This document shows positions 49,659 to 62,580 of a stretch of DNA of 64,000 nucleotides, in pieces. Below the pieces are notes generated by a model that searched no databases, was not told where the DNA came from, and worked only from the letters and a program-made list of their open reading frames with translations. Numbering within the stretch: position 1 is the stretch's first letter; each line of letters starts with the position of its first letter. Both the position numbers and the translations under genes were made by a program. Source of the DNA: Felis catus (Eukaryota); the NCBI RefSeq assembly GCF_018350175.1, contig NC_058368.1, positions 199,332,001-199,396,000 of the forward strand, in the 5' to 3' direction.

Positions 49659-49992
49659 TGTTAATTTCTGAGATCCCCCAGGAATGAACTTCTGGTATAG
49701 TCTACTCTTCCCTTTTCAACTTCCAAACTATAACATGAGCATAAATACTTACACCTAGGAATCTCTGATTGGTGTCACCCTACAAGCCACAGCCTCTCAC
49801 AGATGTTCTAATCCAGGGGTTCTCAAAGTGTTACCATACAGGGGAGCTTTTTCCATGAAATTCTTCTATATCCTACCTTTCACACTCTCTCTGTTAAAGG
49901 TTACTATTGGGAACCCCAATAGACTTTAAGAATGTTGAGAAGGAACACAGATTGATTAGAACTCTTTGATAGAGTGAGAAAAAAGTTTCTTA

Positions 49993-51186
49993 GTTTTCCA
50001 GTTTTGTTGAGATATAATTGACATATAATGTTGTATAAACTTAAGGTGTACAAAATGATGATTTGATACTTGTAAATATTATGAAATGATTGTTAGAGTA
50101 AGGTTAGTTAACACCTGCATCACCTCACATAAATACCTTTGTGTGTGTGTATGTTGTGAGAACATTTAAAATTTAGTCTCTTAGCAACTTTTAGATATAT
50201 AATACAGTATTATTATTATAGTTAGATATTAACTGTAGTCACCATGCTGTACATTAGATCCACAGAACTTATTAATCTTATACCTGGAAGTTTTTACCCT
50301 TTGATGAACATCTCCCTATCTCCCCAACTCCCATCTCCTGATAACCACCATTCTACTCTCTGTTTCTATGACTTTGGCTTTTTAAATATTTCACATATAA
50401 GTGATATATGCCATTTGACATTCTCTGTCTGACTTATTTCACTTAGCATAATGCCCTCAAGTTTTATCCATGTTGTTAGAAATGGCAAAATATCCTTTTT
50501 TTCTCCTCATGGCTCAATAATATTCTATTGTATGTATATATTCCACATTTTCTATATCCATTCATCTGTAGATAGACACTTAAACTGTTTCTATGTCTTG
50601 ATTTGTTCTAAATAATGCTGCAGTGAACATGAGAGTGCAGATACCTATTCAAGATCCTGATTTCTTTTTCTTTGGTTATGTACTCAGAGGTGTTATTACT
50701 GGATCATATGGTCATTCTATTTTCAATTTTTTGAGGAACCTTCATACTGTTTTTCATAGTGGCTGCACCAATTTACATTCCCACAAACAGTGCACAAAAT
50801 CCCTTTGTCTTCACATCTCTTCGGTATTGTTATCTATCGTTTTAGTAATAGCCATTCTAACCGTTGTGAAGTGATATATCCTTATGGTTTTGATTTGCAT
50901 TTCTCTTGTGATTAATGGTGTTGAGCATCTTTTCATGTATTTTTTGGCCATTTGTATGTTTTCATTGGAAAAATGTCTATTCAGATCCTCTGCTCATTTT
51001 TTAATTGGACTGTTTGTTTTTTTGCTGTTGAGTTGTATGAGTTCCTTATGTATTTTGGATATTAACTCCTTGTTAGATAGATGGTTTACAACTATTTTCT
51101 CTCATTTCATAGATTACCTTTTCATTTTGTTGATTGTTTCTTTTCCTATTCAGAAGCTTTTTAGTTTGATGTAGTCCCATTTGTTG
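49993..51186 (-). mobile_element. Old L1 (L1MA-like) 3' UTR and ORF2 C-terminal part
   Basis: ttgagatataattgacata..., gaggaaccttcatactgttttcatagtggctgcacc..., ending at gtagtcccatttgtt; typical antisense L1 3' sequence. Confidence 0.85.
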
Positions 51187-52119
51187 AAGTAAATCCATGC
51201 ATACCCTGGGCATATTGCAGGTTTGGTTACAGACTATCCCAATAAAGTGAATATTGCAGTAAAGTGAGTCAAATGAATTTTTTTGGTTTCTCAGTGCCTA
51301 TAAAAGTTATGTTTACACTATACTATAGTCTATTAAATGTGATAGCATTATGTTTAAAGAATGTATACATCTTAGTTAAAAATACTTTATTGCTAAAGAA
51401 TGCTAACCATCATCTGAGCCTTCAGGGAGTCTTAATCTTTTTGTTGGTAGAGGGTGTTGTCTCAGTGTGGATGGCTGCTAACTGATCAGGGTGCTGGCTG
51501 CTGAAGGTTGGGGGTGGCCATGGCAATGGCTTAAAATAAGACAACAATGGAGTTTAACTCATTGATTGACTCTTCCTTTCATGAATGATTTCTTTGTAGC
51601 ATGTGATGCTGTTTGATAGCATTTCACTCATAGAACTTCTTTCAAAATTGGAGTCAGTCCTCTCGAACTCTGCCATTGATTTATCAACTAAGTTTATGTT
51701 CTAAATCCTTTGTTGTCATTTCAACAATCTTTATAGCATCTTCCAGGAGTAGATTCCATCTCAAGAAACTACTTTCTTTGCTCATCCATGAGAAGCAATT
51801 CCTCATCTCTAAAAGTTTTATTATGAGATGGCAGTCACATCCTCAGGCTCCATTTCTAATTCTAATTCTCTTGCTATTTCCACCACACCTGCACTTACTT
51901 TCTTCTCTGAAGTCTTGAATTTCTCAAAATCATCCATGAGGGTTGGGATCAACTTCTTTTAAACTCCTGTTATTTTGATCTCTTTCTATGAATCACGACT
52001 GTTCTTAGTGGCATCTAGAATAGTGGTCAATCCTTTCTAGAAGGTTTTCACTTTACTCTGCCCAGATTCATTAGAGGAATCACTATCTATGGCAACTTTA
52101 GCCTTACAAAGCATATTTA

Positions 52120-52162
52120 TTTTTTTAATTTTTTAAATGTTTATTTATTTTTAATGTTTATT

Positions 52163-52205
<43 letters not shown>

Positions 52206-52387
52206 AAGTTGGGGAGGGGCAGAGAGAGAGGGAGACACAGAATCCGAAGCAGGCTCCAGGCTCTGAGCCATCAGCACAGAGCGTGATGTGGGGCTCGAAC
52301 CCACAAACCCTGAGATCATGACCTGAGCTGAAGTCAGTCGCTCAACCGACTGAGCCACCCAGGCACCCCTCTTTTTTTTCATTTATT

Positions 52388-52418
<31 letters not shown>

Positions 52419-52422
52419 TTTG

Positions 52423-52453
<31 letters not shown>

Positions 52454-52622
52454 GAACAAGCAGGGGAGGGGCAGAGACAGAGGGAGTCACAGAATCCGAA
52501 GCAACCTCCAGGTTCTGAACTGTCAGCACAGAGACCACTGTGGGGCTTGAACTCTTGAACCATGAGATCATGACCTGAGTTGGAGTCGGACACTTAACCA
52601 ACTGAGCCACCCAGGCACCCCC
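52120..52622 (-). mobile_element. Two tandem felid-type SINEs inside Tigger1
   Basis: Copies at 52120-52370 and 52380-52622; one TSD pair caaag(ca/tg)tattt flanks both. Confidence 0.92.
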
Positions 52623-53499
52623 AAAGTGTATTTCTTAACTAAGAAGACTTGAGAGACAAAATTACTCCTTCATCCATGGGCTGTAAAATGGATGTTGTGT
52701 TAGCAGGTATGAAAGCAACATTAATCTTACTGTACATCTCCATCAGAGCTCTTGGATGACTAGGTGCATTGTCAGTGAATAGTAATATTTTGAAAGGAAT
52801 CATTTTATTTGAGCAGTAAGTCTCAACAGGGGACTTAAAACATTCAGTAAACTTTGCTGTAAACAGATGTGCTGTCATCCAGGCTTTGTTGTTCTGTTTA
52901 TAGAGCACAGGCAGTAAATTTACCATAATTCTTAAGGGCTCTAGGAGTTTTGGAACGGTAAACGAACACTGGCTTCAATGTAAACGCACCAGTTGCATTA
53001 GCCCCTAACAAGAAAGTCAGCCTGTCATTTGAAGCTGTGAAGCCAGGCATTGATTTCTCCCCTCTCATTAGATGAGTCCTAGATGGCATCTTCTTCCATT
53101 AAAGTCTGTTTTGTCTGTGTTGGAAATCTGTTGTTCATTGTATTCACCTTCATTAATGATCTTAGCTAGATTCTCTGGATAACTTGCTACAGCTCATACA
53201 TCAGCACTTGCTGCTTTACCTTGCACTTCTATGTGATGGAAGGTGGCTTTTCCCTTTAACCCTGATGAAACAACCTCTGCTAGCTTCAGACTTTTCTTCT
53301 GCAGGTTTTTCCCTCTGTCAACCTTCATAGAATTGAAGAGAGTTAGGGCTTTATTCTGTATTAGGCTTTGGTTTAAGGAAATGTGTGGCTGGTTTGATCT
53401 TCTATCCAGACCGCTAAACTTTCTCCATATCAGCAATAAGGCTGTTTTACTTTCTTATTTGTGTGTTCACTGGAGTAGCACTTTTATCTTTTATTACTA

Positions 53500-53710
53500 T
53501 TTTAAAAGTTTATTTATTCATTTTGAGAGAGAGAATGTGTGAGCAGGGGAGGGGCACAGAGAAGGGAGAGAAAGAATTCCCTGCAGGCTCTGTGCTGTCA
53601 GTGCCTGGAGCCTGATGTGGGGTTCCATCTCATGAACCGACCTGTGAGATCATGACCTGAGCCAAGATCAAGAGTCAGATGCTTAGCTGATTGAGCCACC
53701 CAGGGGCCCC
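53500..53710 (-). mobile_element. Carnivore SINE inside Tigger1
   Basis: TSD ggagtagcactttta. Confidence 0.9.
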
Positions 53711-53854
53711 ACGGAGTAGCACTTTTAATTCTGTTTAAGAACTTTTACTTTGCAGATCAACTGTTATAAGAGCCTATGTTTTGGCCTATATGAGCTTTCA
53801 ACATGCTTTCTTCACTAAGCTTAATCATTTCTAGCTTTTGATTTAAACTAAGAG

Positions 53855-54038
53855 CCACCTAGGTGGTTCAGTTGGTTGAACATCCAAATCTTGATTTTGG
53901 CTCAGGTCATGATCTCACAGTTCGTGGGCTCGAGCCTTGTGTTGGGCTCTGCGCTGACAGCGTAGAGCCTGCTTGGGAATCTGTCTCCTCCTCTCTCAGC
54001 CCCTTCCCCTGTCTTTCTCTCTCTCTCAAAAAAAAAAA

Positions 54039-54070
<32 letters not shown>

Positions 54071-54072
54071 AG
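53855..54072 (+). mobile_element. Carnivore SINE inside Tigger1
   Basis: Long A tail; taagag on both sides. Confidence 0.88.
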
Positions 54073-54188
54073 TAAGAGGCATGTGGCATGTGGCATGTGA
54101 CTGTTTTACTTGAACATGTAGAGGCCATTGTAGGGTTATTAACTGACCTAATTTCAATATTGTTATGTCTTAGGAAATAGGAGTGCCT

Positions 54189-54235
<47 letters not shown>

Positions 54236-54526
54236 TGGGGAGCAGCTGGTTGGTGGCGCAATCAGAACACACACGTTTACTGATTAAGTCTGCTGTCTTT
54301 TCTGGGCGTGGTTTGTGGCATCCCAAATAATTACAATATTTACATCAAAGCTCACTGCAAGAATCACCAAAACATGACATGGAGACAAGAAATGAGAAAA
54401 TGCTGTTGGAAAAATGGTGCCAATAGACTTGCTTGACACAGAGTTGCCATAGACCTTCAATTTGTAAAAAAAACACAGTATCTGTGAAGTGCAGTAAAGT
54501 GGAACACAATAAAATGAGGCGCCTGT

Positions 54527-54813
54527 GCAGTTGACCAATATATGACTAGGGAGCCAGGAATACTCAGGGGGTAGGGATAGTTTCTTCAATAAATGGTGTT
54601 GGGAAAACTAGATAATTACATGCAGAAGAATGATATTGGATTCCTATCTTCTACCACTCACAAAAATTAACTTGAAATGGATTAAAGACTTAAAGCATAA
54701 GATCTGAAACCATAAAAGTCCTAAAAAAATAGGGGGAAAAGCTCCTTGACATTGGTCTTGGCAATGATAATTTGGATGTGACACCAAAAGCACAGGCAAA
54801 AAGAGCAAAAATA
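54527..54813 (+). mobile_element. Inverted 5' segment of the same L1 (ORF2 fragment)
   Basis: ttcaataaatggtgttgggaaaactag...gacattggtcttggcaatga...acaccaaaagcacaggcaaaaagagcaaaaataa; opposite orientation to 49993-51186. Confidence 0.8.
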
Positions 54814-54827
54814 AGAAAAATATTTCT

Positions 54828-55029
54828 TTTTTTAATGTTTATTTCTTTTGAGAGAGACAGTGAGTGAGCAGGAGAGGTGCAGAGAGAGGGGGAGAGAGAG
54901 AATTCTAAGCAGGCTCTACACTGTCAGTGCAGAGCCCAATGTGGGGCTTGAACCCATGAACTGTGAGATCATGACCTGAACTGAAATCAAGAGAAGGATG
55001 CTCAAACGACTGAGCCACCCAGGTGCCCT
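54828..55029 (-). mobile_element. Carnivore SINE inserted in the L1 target-site duplication
   Basis: Flanked by agaaaaatatttctt and agaaaaaaaatttctt. Confidence 0.88.
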
Positions 55030-55434
55030 GAGAAAAAAAATTTCTTAAACACTAAGTTATCTGTCAGAGTAGACAATATAGGCCTTTTCTTTCTGCTTCT
55101 TACTCCTCTCCCAACATTACAGTTATATAGATAAAATATATCTGGAAAACAATCAACCAACCAACTAACCAAAAAAAACAAAACAAAACAAAAAAAAACC
55201 TCTCCCCCAAATCTCTGAATCTTTCCAAAAGCCAGTTTTTCCCCCACCCCTTTCCTGTCCTGCCAGATTCTGTTCACCAATTTTGGACTATGTTTACCTT
55301 CAACTTCCTTTTTATGTCACCTTTCCCATCACTGACAGCTCTGTCCCTGTTTCTGGCCACTTCCCAAACTTCAATCTCCTCAGGATCCTCAAGCAGTTAT
55401 TGTTTGTGCTTCATTTGATGCTGCTGCTTAGTAG

Positions 55435-55436
<2 letters not shown>

Positions 55437-55473
<37 letters not shown>
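55437..55473. repeat. (TG)n microsatellite
   Basis: Directly visible. Confidence 0.95.
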
Positions 55474-55476
<3 letters not shown>

Positions 55477-56049
55477 AATTAGTAAGACTGTTTGCTTCTT
55501 GACGGTACTATAGGTTATGCCCTCTAGAGAAGCTAGAATAATGACTTCCAAAAAGCATCTGCTCAATAAAAACATATTCTCTGGTTATTGATTTTTGCCT
55601 TAGTTATGCTTCACAATTTTCCTGCTTCCCAGTCCTGCTTCTGGCCAATGTGGGATTATGTATGGCACCTGGAGACAAAGATGGCTTGGAGAACTAAAAC
55701 CTAGAGATAATCCTATAAGCTCATTTAGAACAAAGGTTTAATTATCCCCCTATCAACTGAGCCTTTTATGTGAGCTGAGTTGCAATAAGCAACAAATTGG
55801 TGAGTTTCATTTGCTCTGCTTACTTTGGCTACTGTGAATAGCGTAAGGAACACAAGTCAGAGTGAAGGAGAAGCAAAGAACCTGCACAGGACAGGTAGCT
55901 TTTGTTTAGCCATGTTGGCCAAAGAGCAACACATGTGAGGTGTATCATTGAATATGTATTTGACCTTTCTGTGTGGGGAAACAAGCATCGAGCAATTTGT
56001 TTCATGATAGGCTAGAACTAGCCTGGGAACGTTACTTTCTTTCTTTCTT

Positions 56050-56071
56050 CTTCTTCTTTTAAATGTTTATT

Positions 56072-56122
<51 letters not shown>

Positions 56123-56280
56123 TAGGGGAGGGGCAGAGAGAAAGGGAGACAGAGGAGTTGAAGCAGGCTCCGCAGTGACAGCAGTGAGCCTGATGTGGGG
56201 CTTCAACTCAGGAACCATGAGATCATGACCTGAGCCGAAGTCAGATGCTTAACCAACCAACCGAGCCACCCAGGTGCCCT
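56050..56280 (-). mobile_element. Carnivore SINE with (GA)n expansion
   Basis: TSD-like gttactttct on both sides. Confidence 0.9.
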
Positions 56281-56759
56281 GGGGAAATGTTACTTTCTAA
56301 CACCTAATTTTCCTCGTGTATAATCCAAAGGCTAAGTGGTGCTATCCCTGGCAATGGAGATGGCCAAGTGCCAGTGTGGGGAATAGAAATAAGAAAGAGT
56401 GTGACTGTTTACTGCTGCCAAATGGGTGTGCTCTTTCTTCTTTCTCCTGTGTCCTTACTACTTTCTAACCCCTGATGGTCAATAGCCAGAGGAAGCTGGT
56501 GACCAGTGGTAAAACCTGTTGGCATGCTGAATGGGTATCAGCTCTACTAGGAACTTCTTCAATACATCTACCTCTTTTCATCTCTACCACTACCTCCTTA
56601 GCAGTGGATTTATATTCAAAATATTTAATAGGTGGCACAAGGCACTGACCTATCAGAATGGAAGCTGGTTTTAAACAATCAAAATAGTTATACTGTCAGT
56701 TCTTTAATTTGGAATCTAAGGTCCAATTTCCTCTGGCCTGGACCCTGTAAGGGCCTGCT

Positions 56760-57107
56760 AACACTGCAGTGCACCCTAACTCATTGCACAATAACCAGAG
56801 TAGTCTTTTCAAGTGCAAATCTTATCTGGTCATCTCTCTTCTCTCACTTCCTAAAACTCTTCCCTGGCCCTCCATAGCTCTTAGGATAAAGATAACCTCC
56901 TTAATATGGTCTTTAAAGCCTCACATGATTTGTCACCTGTCTGCCTGTAATATAATTGATAGCTTATTTTCCACACAAAAGTGTAAACTCTATGAGAGTA
57001 GGGACCATATTTGCTTTTTCCTCACAAGTGTTGCCCCAGCTACTACATAGTACAGTACCTTGCACAAAGCAGGAGCTCATTAAATATTCCTTGAATGAAT
57101 GAATAAA
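56760..57107 (+). mobile_element. L2 3' end
   Basis: tgtaaactctatgagagtaggga...caggagctcattaaatattccttgaatgaatgaat (L2 tail). Confidence 0.65.
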
Positions 57108-57169
57108 TCATGAAACAATCCAACTTTTCCAACATGTATCTTCATATCTAGTCCAGGATTTTTTGTACG

Positions 57170-57192
57170 TATGTGTGAATGTGTGTGTGTGA

Positions 57193-57230
<38 letters not shown>

Positions 57231-57259
57231 TGTATGTGTGTGTGTGTGTGTGTGTGTGT
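57170..57259. repeat. Imperfect (TG)n microsatellite next to a SINE tail
   Basis: Directly visible. Confidence 0.9.
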
Positions 57260-57411
57260 TTAAATGTCTATTTATTTTTGAGGGGGGGGGGAGAGTGCAA
57301 GGGGGGAGGGAGACAGGATTCAAAGCAGGCTTTGTGGCTCAACCTCACAAACGGGAAATCATGACCTGAACTGAGTCAGATGCTTAACTCACAGAGCCAC
57401 CCAGGTGCCCC
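57258..57411 (-). mobile_element. Internally deleted carnivore SINE
   Basis: Ends gagccacccaggtgcccc. Confidence 0.8.
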
Positions 57412-58041
57412 TGAATATGTTTTTAATAAATAGTATTATAGAGGATTCTTGTTCATATTTCTTATATTGTTGAACTGCAATAGTATTTTCCTAGTGATGG
57501 ATGTTGGACATGTGAGAGCTATTCTAGTCTGCCCTCTTCTGCCACACCCCCAACTAAATAGTCCTGTGGCACTATAGTTCTATTTCCCAAAGATTCTCCC
57601 AATATTCCCCTTCTCTCCAGCCCTTCGCTATTCTCTGGTCCAGGTCTCATCATTTCTTATGGTTACTTTCAACCTGATCTCCCTACTTTCTTTCTTATTC
57701 CCCTTTAGTGACTAGATGTCTAAAATCCAAATCTAGTCATGAATTCTTTTGCCTTAAAATTCTTCAAGGTACCCTACAGAGGATCAAGTTATAGCACAAC
57801 ATATAAAACCCTTTGTAATTTGGGACTTCTCTATGCTTTGAGATATTGTTCATTTAATAAATAGTTTTTGAACACCTACTATATGACAGGATCTTTTGGA
57901 AACATAGTGAATGAGGTTGTACTTTCTTTGCCCTTATTGATAATACTCTCAACTGGCAGGTTCACCCTTTGAAACAATCATATATAGCTAATATTTGTAG
58001 TTTCTCAATTTGTGGTTTCTGCTACATCCTCATATTTCTTT

Positions 58042-58837
58042 TTTTTATATCATTTATTGTCAAATTGGTTTCCATACAACACCCAGTACTCATCCCAACA
58101 GGTGCCTTCCTCAATGCCCATCGCCCACTTTCCCCTCTCCCCCACCCCCCATCAACCCTCAGTTTGTTCTCAGTGTTTAAGAGTCTCTTATGGTTTGCCT
58201 CCTTCCCCCTCTGTAACTCCCCCCCCCCACTTCCTCTCTCCCCTGATCTTCTGTTAAGTTTCTCAGGATCCACATAAGAGTGAAAACATATGGCATCTGT
58301 CTTTCTCTGCCTGACTTATTTCACTTAGCATAATACTCACTAGTTCCATCCATGTTGCTACAAATGGCCAGATTTCATTCTTTCTCACTGCCAAGTGGTA
58401 TTCCATTGTATATATAAACCACATCTTCTTTATCCATTTGTCAGTTGATGGACAGTTAGGCTCTTTCCATAATTTGGCTATTGTTGAAAGTGCTGCTATA
58501 AACATTGGGGTACAAGTGCCCCTATGCATCAGTACTCCTGTATCCCTTGGGTAAATTCCTAGCAGTGCTATTGCTGGGTCATAGGGTAGGTCTATTTTTA
58601 ATTTTTTGAGGAACCTCCACACTGTTTTCCAGAGCGGCTGCACCAGTTTGCATTCTCACCAACAGTGCAAGAGGGTTCCTGTTTCTCCACATCCTCGCCA
58701 GCATCTATAGTCTCCTGATTTGTTCATTTTAGCCACTCTAACCGGGATGAGGTGGTATCTCAGTGTGGTTTGGATTTGTATTTCCCTGATGAGGAGTGAC
58801 ATTGAGCAAATTTTCATGTGCCTTTTGGCCATCTGGA
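58042..58837 (-). mobile_element. Young 5'-truncated carnivore/felid L1 3' end
   Basis: ORF2 C-terminus [31 protein letters not shown]...CTPMFIAALSTIAKLWKEP; perfect 18-bp TSD acatcctcatatttcttt (58024-58041 and 58838-58855). Confidence 0.93.
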
Positions 58838-61800
58838 ACATCCTCATATTTCTTTATCATGGCTTGGGTGCCCCTTCTGTTTCTCACCTTTACTCACATC
58901 TACCTGAAAAATTCTTATTTATTTTTCAGGGCTTAATTTAAGAACCATTTTTCTTGTGACACTTTGTCTAATTTCTTTTTGTCCCCCAGGTTTTACTGTT
59001 CTTTCCATACTCTATCAAAGTATTGGTTACATTGTATTTCTTTAGCTTTCTCCACACTAGTCTATAAATGCCACATCACATGATATTTTGTTTTAGTCAT
59101 CATCATCTCTCCAGAGAATAGAAGGGTACCTGTTAAGTGGAAGTTAATAGTTTGTTGACTGAGAAAATGTTTCCTTGGAATGTGGGACCCAAGAAGATAT
59201 GGTATATATTATGGGTCCTTCTGTGCCAAACAGATTCAAGTTACTAAGAAATCATAATTTATTGGTATATTTTAAAACTTAGTATATTTTAAAATATAAG
59301 GCTCCATTTTATTCAGTATTCTTTGTTTAAATGGAATCCAGTTGTAAACTGACCTCTTATAAAGCTTATTATAAACTATGATAATTAACTTGCATAACTT
59401 GAATGATACACACAAAACTCTGACAAATCTCATTAGTAAAAATTTTTGTTTGACCCTTTCCTACTTTGGTTTATGATTGATTTACTGGTAAATGTTGATA
59501 TTACCCCTTATTCAATTTGTCAGATTTTATGGGGGATTTTATCCTACTTATGGGGATAGAAATTTTAGTAGGTCATTTTTAAGCTAGGTCTGTCAGTCAT
59601 CTCTTTTTCCCTGGACACATATTTTTATATCCGTCGCTTGGTTATCCTTCAGCATAAAGCCAACGTTAAGTACTTTCTGTGACAACAGACCCTGGTTAGA
59701 GCTCTCTGGGGTCCAGGGATTCTAGTGGAAGGTTTTCTGAGATGGGACTACTAGGGATTAATCTTGTCAATGAACAATTATTTATTAAGCACGTGCTCTG
59801 TGCCCATCTCTCTAGTAAGGTACAATTATTTCTGTTCTATTCTCCACCGTATTTCCAATATCTAGTAAATGCTTGATGAATATTTTTTTAATGAATAACA
59901 TTTGGAAAATATGGATTCTGTTTATGGAGGGGTTGGGAAGAAGAGAGGGAGAGGATTATCCATTATGCTCCTGTGAGATGCCAGACCCTGTGTTCACACT
60001 TGCCACACATTATGAGTTTTACAAGAACTCTTCGACATGGATGTGCTTATTTTATTTTTCATTTATCCCTTGTTTTCCCAGTTACAGAGCTAAGGGGTAA
60101 AATATGAATCATATAAACAGTATCATTGTATTCTTAGTTCTGTACTTAAACTGCCTCTCTTGACAGACTTTAGTTCTTCCAACCCCCCCCACCCCAGTTT
60201 TATGGAAAATGGGGGTATCCCCTAGTACTCATGAAAATCATCTTGCATTTGCCACTGCCCTTCCATTTGCCACATTGTGTCTACCATTTTCTCCTCCCTC
60301 CCCGCAACCAGTCTACTGCTGTGGATGTTTACACCTCCCCATGTCTCTAGGGGTTGGGCTTGCAATACTGTATGGCACTGAGGCTATTCCATTGTCACAT
60401 CATGACCTGGTTTGTCCACAGATGCAACAGTGCCATTGATCTTTGAGAAAAACAACTGGGTGTCTAGATTATCTCTCTCCAGCAGAGGATAAAGCATCTG
60501 GAGGGAAGGGCTGATTTAGAGCACGGCACTCATCTGATGTGCTCTTACATGTGGTTTGGAAATCAGAGGCATGGAAATTACTGCTGTGCTGCTAGTAGAG
60601 GGAGTGTAGCTGGAGCTTCGGGAGAGAGTTCACTGTCTGGCTCAGTGTTTTCTGTTAAGATAAGTCTTCCAACTCTTCAGGAGTAGGAGAGAGGTAAGAG
60701 AGATTTGGGATCTGATGGAAAATGCCCCTGGGGGAACATGCAGTATGTTCTTATTTGTAAATAACCACCAAGGTAGAAAGTATGGAAGGAACAAAAAAAT
60801 TTACCTGCTAGATACTGTTAGCCTTTTCCTCTTTCTCTGCCTTTGAAGGGAAAAGAGTTTTTTGTTTGTTTCTTTGTTTTTGCTTCAGTTGTCCCAGGAA
60901 CTGGGGTTTTGTTCTGATTAATGTCTGGGGTATACTATTTGAAGGAGCCCCAAAGTCTAAATTGATATCCAAGACACAGGGCAGAGAGCTATTCAGGAAG
61001 AAGAAGGGACCCTGAGAGAAATAAAGCAGGAGTACAGGCTAGAGTTGTAAGGGTAGAGAAGATAAGTGAGAGGAAGAGAGAAGAGTGATTACTGAGCAGC
61101 TGTGATGAAGACAAGAGACAATGATGTGAAAAAAGGATCTTAAGGATATTTGCTGTCTCTTTGAAAAATCTCAGTAAAAATTTAAGATATTTTAAAGTAT
61201 ATCTTTGAGTTTTGGACTTCTGTTTCTGTTGGATACAGTACTAAGACTGGTCATGAGAATGGTTCAGCTTTCTTTCACCATCTTACTGGGGAGCCACAAT
61301 GAAGCCATTAAACCACTGGCAAACAGAACGATGGACTGTGAGGTGCAGACAATATGTATTTCCAGAGACCAGACAAAGCAGGAATTAGTATGGACTGTGG
61401 TTGTTGGTGAAGGTTTCAAAGAGTTTAATGGAACATAGCTGGGAGTCAGATCTCAAGAAATGGACAGGATTTGCACAGATAGAGAGAAGGAAGGCCATTT
61501 TTAGCTAGTGGCAGTACACCTAAGTAAAGGCAGAAAGTATGAATGAGCATTGTATCTAAGAGGGGCTGGTCAAAAGTTCAGCCTAAGAGGAAGAGAAACG
61601 AGCAATGAGTAGTAATTGGGAATTTGAATGTATCAGTAAAGTGGGGTCAGGTTATGGAGGGTTTTAGAGATTATACCAAGGAGGCTGTATGAAATTTATA
61701 AAGGATAACATGTATTCTGTAGAGTGATGAAAACAAGTTTTAAAAAGACTCATCTGGAGAAAGTGATTGAAATGGAGGGAGCCTAGAGACTTTTTGTTTT

Positions 61801-61969
61801 AAATCTATGTGTGTGTTAGGCACTTAGGGTTTAGATTTAGTGGATCGGAAATGTAAAAAGGACAAATCATAGGACTTGCAACTAATTAGATGTTCAGGAC
61901 AGATGAGAGATCAGATTCAAATATAATTCTAATTTTTTTGGTCTAGAGGTTTTGAATAATTATGGCTTC

Positions 61970-62215
61970 ATTCTTTCATTTATCCACTTATTTTTTTCAC
62001 TTATTGAACAAATATTTATTGAGTACCTACCACGTTTTTCATACTGGGATACAGTGAACAAAAACATTGAAAACATTTTGACTTTATGGAGCTTACATTC
62101 AAGAGAGGGAGACACATAATAAAAATGTAAAAAGTAAAACATATTGCATATGAGCTGGTGGTAAGTTCTTTAAAGAAAAATGAAGCAGAGAAGGAGAATG
62201 GGTTGCAATTAGGTA
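61970..62215 (-). mobile_element. L2 3' end
   Basis: attgaacaaatatttattgagtacctac...gggatacagtgaacaaaa...tggagcttacattc. Confidence 0.65.
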
Positions 62216-62479
62216 AAGAGGTTACAATAATAAGTAATTGAAGTGGGGGGTGTTGGAAAAAGAACTAGTTGTCAGGGAAATATGGGATTTGGACACTACA
62301 GTGGCATTATTTTCTGAGAAATGTAGGCAAATAATTCTTATGAGAAATTAGGATTGGGAATGTATATTGGGGAGTCACCAGCATAACTCTAGTAATTGAA
62401 GCTTTTATTTAACCCTTAAAGACGTAGGAATTGATGAAAGCCTGAGGTCTTAACCTTGGGAGCTGGGTTAAGGAGGAGT

Positions 62480-62580
62480 TGTCAACACAGAGCATGATGT
62501 GGGGCTCAAACTCACGGATTGCGAGATCATGACCTGAGCCAAAGTTGGAAGCTTAACTGACTGAGCCACCCAGGCACCCC
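62480..62580 (-). mobile_element. SINE 5' half only (tail missing)
   Basis: Head intact at 62580; homology stops abruptly near 62480. Confidence 0.8.

Larger units (their letters stand above)
51196..54525 (-). mobile_element. Full-length Tigger1-like TcMar DNA transposon fossil, interrupted by four SINEs and a (GA)n run
   Basis: Terminal inverted repeats CATGCATACC.. (51196) and ..GAGGCGCCTG (54525). Frameshifted TIGD1-like transposase fragments ([74 protein letters not shown]). Length minus SINEs is about 2.4 kb, the Tigger1 size. Confidence 0.92.

Noticed and set aside
52639..53436. Transposase ORFs as a domesticated TIGD1-like gene
   Set aside because: Frameshifts, stops and SINE insertions break the reading frame.
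839..56218. Recurrent short ORFs such as MAQSVKRLTLAQVMIS.. and GSGHDL..
   Set aside because: Translations of SINE copies, not a gene family.
59262..59300. AT-rich tandem duplication and palindrome tatattttaaaatata
   Set aside because: Low-complexity sequence that arises easily by slippage.
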